Shown here: one piece after another, positions 53,086 through 64,000 of the stretch
Position numbering within the stretch: the stretch's first letter is position 1
How the letters are laid out: every line of letters starts with the position of its first letter
DNA from: Lama guanicoe
Lineage: Eukaryota
Reading direction: 5' to 3'
Length of the DNA: 64,000 nt
NCBI GenBank assembly: GCA_013239625.1
Contig: MU053513.1
Coordinates: forward strand, 1,228,927-1,292,926
The notes under the pieces: model-generated
The model's input: the letters and a program-made list of their open reading frames with translations, nothing else
Database searches by the model: none
Told to the model about the DNA's origin: nothing
Made by a program: the position numbers and the translations under genes

Positions 53086-56000
53086 CATTATTAGTATTCA
53101 ACCTAAGGATGAGGTACTGTGAGCAGGTAGCACTTTTCAGGCACTGTCCTGAGCACTTTACAGCACTCTGTTAAGTAACTACTACCTTCCTCCATTTTAT
53201 AAGCAAAGAAACGGAGACAAACAAAGTAACTTGTCAGCTTTCACACGGCTAATAAGGGGCAGGCCAGGTACAGGAACACAGACTGTGCACAGAGACCACA
53301 GGAGCCTAACTTCTTAACCTCCAGATTACATGCAAGAGTGATTTCACATGAAAACAGGGTGTTGAGAGATACAGAAGAAAAACTGATTATTTCAGAAAGA
53401 GTCAAAAAAGCTTTGATAAGAGGCAATATCAATTCTTGAGGTTAAAGAAAATAGAAACACCCAACTTCCTTTACAGGATAGAAAAGTATTTCTCAGAAGC
53501 CAACAGCAGACACAGCGCTCAAAGGGAAAACCAGAGAACAGAGCTCCTCAAACTGGTATTGAGGGAGGAGATGCCCACAGGTATGTTTAGAATAAAATAG
53601 CTTTCCCTGAACAAATAAGTTTGTTTGACTAGGTATTACGCAAATTAAACTGATTTCTTTTACACTGGGGCATTTCTCAGGGACTTTAATATGCTAGTTT
53701 GCTTGTTTCGTTGACTCCCCTGGAAGGGAATTCGCTGTGCTGTTTCCCTGAAACTTCTTCTGAACCCTTTGTTCTTCCCTCTGGGAACTAGTGTCCACAC
53801 CTACACAGCTTAGAAAAGGCTGCTCTGAAGCCTGATGGTTCTGAAGACCTCTGCACTAAAATTACTAACAAGGTGAAGATGGCCATTCGGATGCCTGCTG
53901 CTCACCATTACTCCAAATGACCTAGCCAACACATAAGAGGAAAAGGATAAGAGGTAAATATTGGTCAAGAAGAAAAAATAGTATTTGTAAATGATATGGT
54001 TGCCTACATAGAAAATTCAAGATCAAGATAGTCAATTAAAACCTTAAAAAGATAATTAATGTAGATTTTTAGGTACAAAATAATTTATGTGTATAAACCA
54101 GTCTTTGTACTCAATGAGCTCACAATTCACCCAGACAGATTTATGCGTAGTCAGAAGGCGGTGCAGAAGAAGGATGAGAGAGAAAAAAAATCATTGAACA
54201 TACATAAATCAGTTTATAATTTCCCCATCTTATCTCAAGAGTAGCAGTAAGATTAAAGGAAAAGCACATTTCCCTTGTTCTCAACGTCTGTATTCATAGA
54301 AAACCGTATCAGTCCACATGATAGTGGATAATACAATTAGAAGTAAATCTGCTTACAATTAGCTTACGAGGTAGCTTTCTGAGGTCCAAGATTTGGTAGA
54401 GTCTCAGGATTAAGAAGAAAATTACAAATCATCTAATATGGATCAAAAGCCTTATAAATATTTACCTCGATACAGTGTCCACTTCAGAGCATTTATCATG
54501 AGAAAGAAGTCAAAAATATGCACAATAATGTTCACATCACTTTTTGAGAATGCAACACTGCAAACAACTCCAATGCACACAAAAGTCTATTGTTTAAAGA
54601 AATTACGGTACTTCCATACTAGGGACTTAAATTGTGTATACTAAGCTGATCTTGAAAATTCCATGACCACGTGAAAATGTTTATGATGTGGTCGAAGAGA
54701 AAAGAGACGTACTAAAAAGTGTACAGTGTGATCCCAGCTTTGCAAACACACACATTTAGGGTCTCACTTGCTCCCTTTGCTGGGCACCATTGAGCAGAAA
54801 ATAACCTAAACAGTTATAGAGGATGCCCTGCTGATCAAATATTACTAGTGCTTATCTCCACATACTAAGATACATAGATGATTTGTGTTTTCCTTGCAGG
54901 CTTCCCATGTCTGCAAAATCTGCACAATTCTTTGTAAACATTCTTTGTAAACAAACAAAAAAAATTTTTTTAATACATGGTATTTTAACTTATCTAGGTT
55001 AACCACAAAACCTGTTCTTGGGCCTCCTGAATAATACTCCTGCCAGAGCGTTTTTCCATTCCATACTCAGAGGTCTCCAATGACGTGACCTAAGGATCCG
55101 CAGGAAGAACTCTCAGCTGTTAGAAAATGTGTTCTCATGTTTGGCTGTAATCTGAGTCCCAATAAACTTCCATTCGGTGGTCATGGAGAATAAGTTTATT
55201 CCTGTGAAAAACCACTGTCCTTCAAAAGTTTTTAAGATGTCAAGCACGTAGCCTGGATTCTTCTTTTCTCCAGATAAAATATCTCTCAGTGCTTTATGTC
55301 ACTTCGCTCAGTGGCATAGATTTGTAATATTTCCCTCAACATACGAAAAGATCCCTTAACTTAGAGCGGGAAAGAGGTGGCTCTAGTCTTGGCCAGTTTC
55401 TCAGCCTGGAGTATCATTTTTTTATGTAGTATTCATGCTACACTGCCTTTGCTAATTCAAAACAGCCATGTTTTTAAAACATGTTATTCAAATTATTCAT
55501 CTATTTTTGAAAGAATCAATGCCAGTCTCTCAAGTATGTAACCTGGGGTTTAGCAGAAGTCACAGCCTGAAAGTTGTTCAAGCACCAAATACTATATTTC
55601 TCGTCATTTGCTCTGTTGTTCAAGAGCTCTCCTCATGATTCCATCTACTGGGTAAGGAGTCGGCAAAAAAGAACTGGCCCAACCACTTCTACACGGGCGA
55701 TGAGAGAGAGAAAGAATGAAGCCCATTATTAATGAGAAATTTCTCAGCCCCAAGAATTTATAAAGGTTCCTAGTAACAGAATATCTTAACCGAAAGAATT
55801 CCAATAAAAGCAAACAAAATTACATAAATCATCTACACAGGCTTGTAAGACCTACTTAGTCATACAAGCAGATTTACAGTATAAAATAAGTAGACAGAAG
55901 GACACAGAACTATGGAATTGAAATATAGGATGGAGAAAAACATAGCCATGTTCAAGTGTGATACAGGCTGAAAGATACCACCATAGTTACGTCTCTGGAC

Positions 56001-57109
56001 AAAAGGTTGGATGGGAGCGTTGGAGGAGAGAGGAAGAGAGCACAGCCGTCCTCCCTCACCCTGAAGCCCTTGACTCTGCTTATACACACCTGGGTGTATA
56101 AGGAAGATGACCCCACAAAGCAATGTCTCAAATTGTTTTCAGGTCCCTGTGATAATTTTTCAGCTGGGAGACTGACACAGGAATCTCCCCCAAACATTGT
56201 TCCTGCAATTAGCCCCATGTCCTGCATCCTAAGTCTCCCCTCTCTGTTCAATCCTCCTGAAGCTTTCAGACCTGCTCTAAAGTCTTCCTTCCTGGACTCC
56301 GCACACCCTCAGCTACTATCCCATATCCCTGCTCCACTTCACAACAAAGCCGAGCAAAAAGTCTCACCATAATCTGTCGCCACTTCTCTACCCTCCAGTC
56401 CCTTTTCTTTTCAATACTTTATTAGTTTTTGATTAAATAAATAATAGTCACTGTACCTCATGAAAAAATGCAATGGTATAAGGATGTTTTATGTAAGATA
56501 ACCTAAGTTAATAATGTGGTTTGTATTTGTCCGCACCCGCTATGGGTGCAAATATATGTACATCAGAGAGGTGCTTTGCTATTGTTGTTTGTTCTTACTA
56601 AATGAAATTGTATAGCATAAAGTATTTGCAATTTGCTTTATTGATTTAATAATTCATGATAGAATCCACATCAGTCTGGCACCTGTCCTACGTGCCCCTG
56701 AAACCGCTCGTCAATATAAGTACATTACCTCTGTGTTACTGACCACCTCCACGCTGTGAAGGACAGTGATCACTTTTGTAGTTTTCCCCTTTCTCCAGCT
56801 CCCAGCTGAGTGTGAGAGGTGACTGCCTCTACCTTCTTAAAATCCATTTCATTCAAATCATTGAAATAAGGAAAAAAATGAATTTCAAGAAAAGCAGTTT
56901 TTTAAAAGGTCGTAGAGAGAGTTGAATATACAAGAGTTTAGCCATGTCAGAGTTGAGAAATTTGGCTTCTCCTTGAGAAAACAATGCTAAGTACACAAGA
57001 AAATATTCTCCCTTTGCAGAGGAAAGTTCAGCGACCTAGAAAACAGGCTAGACAAAGAGTGTCTAAACTCCAGAAACACAAAAGACAAGGCAGCTCATGA
57101 AATCAGGTT

Positions 57110-57345
57110 GAATAGTGTGGGAGCTAAGCCCCGGGGCCCCTGAGACAGAGGTCCCGGGTTTGACTCCACTGTCTATTATGCTGTGTGGCTTTGGGCAACT
57201 TATCAGGCCTCGCAGTGCCTCATCCTCCCTGGCTGCACATTAAAACTAGGTCAGTAATATCCCCTGTGATACAGATTTATTTTGAAGCTTAAATTAAGGA
57301 ATCTACTTGAAATGCTTAGCTGAGCTCCTGGCACAGAGGCAAGAT
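57110..57345 (+). mobile_element. MIR
   Basis: 'gctgtgtggctttgggcaacttatc...aatgcttagc...cctggcacagag'. Confidence 0.65.
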
Positions 57346-58534
57346 CCAAACATTTTCTGTGGTTACTAGGTTTCTGAAGAATTCATACTTTCATTTCTCA
57401 CATATTTATGGAGTCCACCAAGTAGATGATACTCAGCCTGAGCTGTCACTGAGGAAACATTGGCAGAACAAAATTGACAAGATCCCTGCCCACAATGGGT
57501 TCACAATTGGCAGGAGAGAGAAAAAACTAATAGGTGATCACAATGTAATGTGAACATAGAAGAGGAATAGAGAATGATATATGAGTCCCATAAAAATGAT
57601 AAAAACTAAAAAAATTCAGTCAAACACTGGATTGACTGACCTCTAGTTACTAAACCTACTGAATAGTTGGGCAAATTGAGTTTGTCATCTGTTTCAGGAC
57701 CCTAACAAGTCATGACAGCTCTCTAAGGTAAGGCAGAGACACCAAGAAGAAAGCAGAGTGAAGAATGCTGGGCAGTGGGAACAAGGTTGCTCAAAAGAGT
57801 CCGTAGAGAGCTGGCTCCATCCTTCCTGTAAAGAAAAAAAGCAAGTATGAGTTCTCTTCTCTCTACTTTATCCGTCTCTGACTTCACCTAGAATAGGAGT
57901 TTGCAAATTAAAAAGTTGATACTATGTTAAGGTGGAATCAGTCTAAATAAGCAAACATCTGAATTAAAGAAATTTTAATTATACTTTTACTACTTTTAAG
58001 CATATAAAATAATGAAGCTATTTCACAGGCACCAAGAAGGATATACATCTTGAAAGCAGGAAGGACATGTATGTTGAAATATATGTATAAAGTCATATGT
58101 AAATGTGAAATCATGTACATATGAACACATATAAATAAATACTTGTATATAAATAAAATCACAATTCCTGCTTTCAAGATGCTCAAAATCTAAGGAACTC
58201 AGGCTACCACAATTGTGTCTAATTTTGCCTCTGCTCTTGCTGCCTGCCAATCCATCCTGGAGCCAGGGTGAACTTTCTAACATCCAGACTTTGTCAAGAC
58301 CCTCTTCTGCTTAAAAGTCTGTGTTGCTGCTAGAATAAAATGCAAACTGCTGGGCTTGCTACAAGCCCAGCCTAACCTAGCTCCTGCTATTTCTGCAGCT
58401 TCATCCTTTGTCATCACCTCACCATCCTCCTCTTCCTCCCTTCCTCCCGGACCCTGCACACCCAGTCACATTGAGTGGCATTCATTTCCTTGAAAGTGCC
58501 TGGCTTCCCCAGTATTCATATGCTTATTTTCTCA

Positions 58535-58630
58535 TTTTTATTTATTTATTTTTTAGTGGAGGGACTGGGGATTGGACCCAGCACCTTGTGCATGCTAAGC
58601 ATGCCCACTACCACTGATTTATACTCACCT
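58535..58630 (-). mobile_element. tRNA-derived SINE (vic-1 type)
   Basis: Reverse complement contains 'tcagtggtagtgggcatgcttagcatgcacaaggtgctgggtccaatccccagt'. Confidence 0.8.
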
Positions 58631-59428
58631 CCTCAAAAATTCATCTGTTTAAAGACTAACTCCCAGTACCTCAGAATGTGACTACATTTGGAAATATGGC
58701 TTTTTAAAAGAGATAATTCAACTAGAATTTGTATCTTTTTTTCACATTCCACATATAAGTGATATTTGTCTCTGTCTGACTTACTTCGGTTAGTATGATA
58801 ATCTCTAGGTCCATCCATGTTGCTGCAAATGGCATTATTTCATTCTTTCTTATAGCTGAGTAATAGTCCATTGTGTATATGTATGTGTATATATATATAT
58901 ATACCATATCTTCTTTATCCAGTCATCTGTTGATGGACAACAACAAGATCCTATTGTATAGCATAGGGAACAATATTCAATTTCTCATAATAACATAAAA
59001 TGGAAAAGAATCTGAAAAGAAAAACATACATATATGTATGTATATGTATAACTGAGTCACTTTGCTGTAGACCTGAAACTAACACTGTAAATCAACTACA
59101 CATCAATAATTTTTTTAAAAAGGTAATTAAATGAAAACAAGGCCATGAGGATGGTCCCTAATCCAGTCTGACAGGTGTCCTTGTAAAAGGATGAGATTAA
59201 GACACAAAGAGACATCAGGGACACACAGGGAAAGACCATATGAGGGCACAGTGAGAAGGCAGCTCTTTTCATGCTCAGGAAAGAGGACCCAAGAGAAACC
59301 AAACCTGCTGACACCTTGACCTTTGACCCCAAGCCTCCAGAACTGCGAGAAAATAAACTCCTGCTATTTAAGCCACCCAGTCCACACATTCTGTAATAGT
59401 TTGTTATGACAACCCTAGTAAACTCCCA
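58631..59428 (+). mobile_element. MaLR LTR (MLT1-type) split by a 5'-inverted L1 3' fragment (about 58727-59120)
   Basis: MLT1 'cccagtacctcagaatgtgactacatttgga' resumes after 59120; the L1 switches strand near 58940. Confidence 0.8.
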
Positions 59429-59479
59429 CACATGCCCAGAAGTTTTTTTAAAGAAAAAAAAACAAAAAACAAACTGACC

Positions 59480-60800
59480 ACAAACTAAAAAATCACACAG
59501 AACAGGCTTATGGGAGATCTAAATTTTGGAATTAGAAAAAATATTTTGAAATAATTGTTATTGATACATTCAGAGATTAAATAAAAATGGAAATTCTCAT
59601 AAGGACAGTGAAAAGAATGAAAAAGAAAGAACAGACATTCCAGAATTTTTGAAAATACAATCATTGAAATTAAGATGAGGTTAACAGCACATGAGACACA
59701 GCTGAAGAGAAAATGTATGGACTGGAAGATTAACCAAAAGAAAATATCTACACTGATGCAAAGTGAAACACATTGACATGATGTGAGAGTCTAACACACA
59801 CGTGATTGGGGCTCCAAAAGGAAAAGGAGGAGAAAGAACTGAGAAGAAGTAATATTTAAAGAGAAAATAGCTGATAATTTTCCCAAACTGATAAAAGACA
59901 TCAAGCCATAGATTCAAGACTCTCCACAAACCACAAGCAGGATAAATACAATGGAAAGCACACCTAGGCACCTAGACATTGGACAATTGCTGGAGATCAA
60001 AAACAAAGAGAAAATCTTCAAAACTTCCAGAGATTATTGCTGATGTCTCAAAAAAATATGGGATAATATATACAAAGTATAGACAGAAAATAACTGTCAA
60101 CCTAGAAATTTATATTCAGCAAAAATGTTCTCTGAAAACAAATATGAAATAAGGATATTTTCATAAAAGCAAAAATCCAAAGAATTCATCACCAGCACAC
60201 TAAAGAATTGATTGCCTACATTAAAGAAAATACTGAAGAAAATTCTCTGGGCAGAGGAAAATTATTCTAGGTGAAAAATCCACTCATTCCACAAGAAATA
60301 GCAATAATAAAGAGTAAATACAAGGGTAAATCTAAATGAATATTGGTCATATAAAACAATAATTTCTTATGGGGTTAAAAATACATTGAACTAAAACGCA
60401 TGACAATAGTAGCACAGACGGAAAGAAGTGAGTAAATGGGGTTAAAGTGTTCTAAGATCCAGAAAAGTGATTTAAGTTTCAACAAACTAAAAATGCAACA
60501 TGTCAGGTTGCCACTAATACTATAGTAAAACATTGTGTAACTAACAGATAATTCAGGGAGGAATTATCTTAAACAATTCTTTAATTATCCTCAAAAAAAA
60601 AGGGTAAAAAACAGAGAAGAAAGAACAGAACAGGTAGGACTAACAGAAAGTAAATTACAAGATGACTGAATTAAAGAATTTTAACTGCTATATAACAATA
60701 CTTACATTAAATATACCAAAATTCTCCAAATAAAAGATTATCAAACCAGATTTTAAAAAAAATAACATTGTTACAGGACACACATCTTAAGTAAGGGTAT
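59480..60800 (+). mobile_element. Decayed old L1M ORF1-region fragment
   Basis: 'aattttcccaaactgataaaagacatcaagccatagattcaaga', 'aaataactgtcaacctagaaatttatattcagc'. Confidence 0.7.
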
Positions 60801-60809
60801 ATGGCTGAT

Positions 60810-61500
60810 TTTTATACCCACGAGACTAGATGAGATCACCAAGGTAGTAAGTCTGGTTAGACAAGAAAGATGAGCATTAAGAAGTGACTATCAGATTTGG
60901 CAACACGGTGGTCCTCTGGTAATCTCTGACGAGAACAGTCTGGGTGGGCTGATGAGAGTAAAAGCGTGACTGCAGTGGGTTCAAAAAAGAAAGGGACAGC
61001 ACGCAGCAAAGACTACATGTATATAGACAGCTATTTCAAGCATCCTTACTCTACCGGAGAATGTGGGAATGAGGCAATAGCCAAAGAGGAAGTGAGATCA
61101 GGAGGTACCTTTTCATTTGTTTTGTTTTTATTAAGGTAGGAAGGGACGTAGCAGCCCAGCTCTGTGCTACTGAGAATGACCCATTAAAGAGAGAAGCGCA
61201 AATTGCCCAAGTGATGTCTCCTCGTGTACAAGAGGAGAGATTATCCTTAGATAGGAGCAGATCCACAGCAACACAGGGGACAGAGTCTAGGTGTGCAGAT
61301 ATGCCTAGGTGGGTGAATGAAATGGAAGCTCGGGGATGTTTTCTGCAGAATGCTTCTATTTTCTTAGCAATATAGAAAGTAAGGCCATTACCTAAGTGTC
61401 AGGGTGAAGGAGGAAATTTTTCAAAGTTTGAAGGAAGAGGATAATGAAATAATTGTTTAGGAAAGTAAGAGAGTAGGCTACAGAAATAAGGGGTGATTGC
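60810..61500. mobile_element. L2 remnant
   Basis: 'gagactagatgagatcacc', 'gatttggcaacacggtggtcctctggtaatctctgacgagaacagt'. Confidence 0.6.
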
Positions 61501-63171
61501 TGAGCAGCACTGAGAATTCCAAATAAAGTCATCCTTCAAGGGCACAGAGGGAATATTAATCTAGCTACGGTAAGAAGTGGGGAGGGAGGGAGCATGAACA
61601 CACCTAAGCTGCTTCCCCGTCGTTAGACTCAGGACCTTGTCTGGAGTCTCTTCACCAATTTTGTTGTCTCTCAAATCCATGCCTATGATTATATTTCTTT
61701 TGCCTAAAATACCCTTGCTTCTCTCTTTTTCCTGGCAGAACTCTTTTCGTATTCTGTGGCTTTCCCTGATCCACAGAAAGTCATTGTATTTTTCCATCCT
61801 TCATGTCCGTTGTCCCTAGCACCCACTTCTATGATTGTACTCAGTACAATGCAGTGTGATATTTCTAATAGTCTTCCTAACAAACTATGGGCATCTTTAG
61901 AGCAAAGATTATCTTAAGCATTTCTGTGTTCTTACCTAACACACTAAGTATCCATCAAATGTCTATATGAGGAACTGAATCGATAATGTCCTACCTTTAG
62001 AGAGAATATAGGAACATTTCTAATCTTTTTTTTCAACGAGGAAAATTAAAACCTGCACAAATTTTTGACAAGATTTTTTGCATAGACTGTGTAATTATTC
62101 ATAGGTGTGATATGACAAGAAGCATTATTATCTCCTTTCTCTTTATTCATCTCTACTAGCTTGCAGTGCCTGATAAAATCTACATTAGAAATCCATCCTT
62201 TCAGGTAAATAATATATACATAAGATAACCCTAATTTTCTCTATCAAGAAAATTATCACTTAAATGTGAGCAATGCTCACAGTGTGTCTCTTTGGGGTTG
62301 TCCCCCAACCCCTCTCTATCCGAGCACCAACTTCCCTCACATCATCTCAGCCCCTTTCGCATGATGAAAAGAATGGTTTCCAGAGGTCATGGTTGTACCT
62401 ATGACTTTTATCCCTTAGCCAAAATAAGTACCTTAACCAAGCTTGACCAGTAAGAGTTCCGCCTCTAAATTTTAGAATTTGGAACAAAAGAAAAATTTAG
62501 TCTTTATTCTGATGGCTGAACTTGTCGCAAGTAAACACAGAAACTGTATTAGCCATGTTTTTCCATGTAGACCAAAGGAGTAGAAGACTGTCTGTAGGAG
62601 AGAAAAAAGATGCAGGCTCATTCAAAGAGTAATTAATGAGAGACACACAAAAAAAACCTGATAGTATTACAGCCCCTGGTTCTACATGTAACTACTGCTC
62701 AGTCCTTGGGCACCAGGAGCTATCCATGCATCCTCTTTCTGTTTTAAACTAGCTCAAATGAAATTCCATCTCCTGTACCAGAAGAGCCATAAGAGAAATT
62801 TATTAGAAACTCTCCAACTAAAGTCTAATGCCATCCTTCCTCTTCAACAAAGTAATGTGAGCAACTGTAATTAAATAATACAAGACATTTCCAACATCCC
62901 TCTCCCCAGTGCGGTGCTGGGGTCAACTTTGAACACAAGATGGTCTGAGGACTCCACAGGGGTGGATTTAAATAATTCTTGTGGCTGAGAGGATAGAGTA
63001 GGCACAGCTACAGAACACTAGGCACCTGGAGAGAAGCTAAGGAAAGTAAAGGAGAAATAGGTTTGCTGGAAAGGAAGGGGTCTAGGGTTGACCTTTGTCT
63101 ACTTTGCAATTCCATCACGGAACCAAGGATATTATTATTGAGATATACCCGAGAAAAACAATAAAATACCA

Positions 63172-63297
63172 AAGGAAGAGCAAGAGAAGTAGAAAGAGGA
63201 TGAGAAGGAGAAGAGGAGGAGGAATGAGGGGGAGGACAAGGAAGGTGAGGAAAAGGAGGACAAGGAGGCAGGGAATGATCAAGAGACAGATGAGATG
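63172..63297 (+). repeat. Purine-rich (GA) low-complexity tract
   Basis: Degenerate GAG/GAA triplets. Confidence 0.85.
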
Positions 63298-64000
63298 AAC
63301 TCTCAAGTTCTCTTCAAACTTTAAGAAGATACATGAGCTGTGAATGGAGAGAGGCCAGTTCTTGACTTATTATAGCTCAAATGTAATGTGCTGCTGCAGA
63401 TATTTAAAAACAAGCAAACAACATGCCTGGTAAATTATTGGGTTTTCAAATTCTAGCGATTCACTGGAAAAAGAAAATATGATCTCCCTTGAATTTCTCA
63501 TGATTGAATTTTTTTCTTTAGTCAAAGAAATAAATGATCAATCATCAGATATCATCACAATAAAAAGTTTGTAAGGAATGGGCTAACTTAGGAATACTTT
63601 GGGTTTGGTGATTATTTCAAGATACTTTTCAAATGTCTGTGGCTTTACCAGACCCCAAACACGTTTTGTCTCTTACCAAACCCCAAGTAAGTTTTGCCAA
63701 GTATTTTTTTACATTTAATTTTTTAAGCCACGTGTATTTTATATGAAATTTAGTTCATATGTTTCTAATTTATTTATACACAAATAATCAAAATTCTGTT
63801 TTGTAAGAACTATTTGATGTCCACAGAGGCATTCTACAAACTGAAATATTTTAATAATTTTAAAGCCTTTTTTTCCCTAGAAATAGATAATTTTTTTCTT
63901 TGAATTTACTTAAAGTTTCTCCTTATTCCCCAGACTTGGGCCCCAAAAGAAATTAAAACATAAAAGCTAGCAATATTTTTGTTCTAATTAAAATTAAGTT

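Noticed and set aside
54927..54953. 13-bp tandem duplication containing TGTAAACA (forkhead-like) twice
   Set aside because: Ordinary slippage duplication in probable decayed repeat sequence; no other support.
55860..56123. Hydrophobic ORF faintly like an olfactory-receptor TM2 segment
   Set aside because: Diagnostic motifs (PMYFFL, MAYDRYVAIC) are absent; similarity is too weak.
63095..63306. Arg-rich (protamine-like) and Leu-rich ORFs
   Set aside because: Translations of a GA-rich low-complexity tract.

Overview
Mammalian genomic DNA, most likely a camelid: it carries tRNA-derived SINEs of the vic-1 type and cetartiodactyl-type L1 3' ends. The only protein-coding gene is the 5' part of PTGFR (prostaglandin F2-alpha receptor, FP) on the minus strand. 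It comprises a CpG-island promoter, non-coding exon 1 (about 25481-25304), 870-nt exon 2 (23861-22992, codons 1-266) and at least 23 kb of intron 2 running off the left edge. The 38 kb upstream is intergenic and dense in L1, L2, MIR, MaLR/ERV LTR and SINE copies. Best observations: (1) a spliced, strong-Kozak 35-codon uORF in frame with PTGFR and separated from it by a single TGA-C stop; (2) a cassette exon in intron 2 whose peptide resembles the human truncated-FP insert; (3) Leu at FP position 115, where I recall a Met in the ligand pocket; (4) a solo LTR with five CCAAT boxes and two octamers pointing at PTGFR; (5) a 100-nt intronic hairpin; (6) three 5'-inverted L1 insertions. Cross-species comparisons and repeat family names are from memory and need database checks. 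No prokaryote-type system is present.
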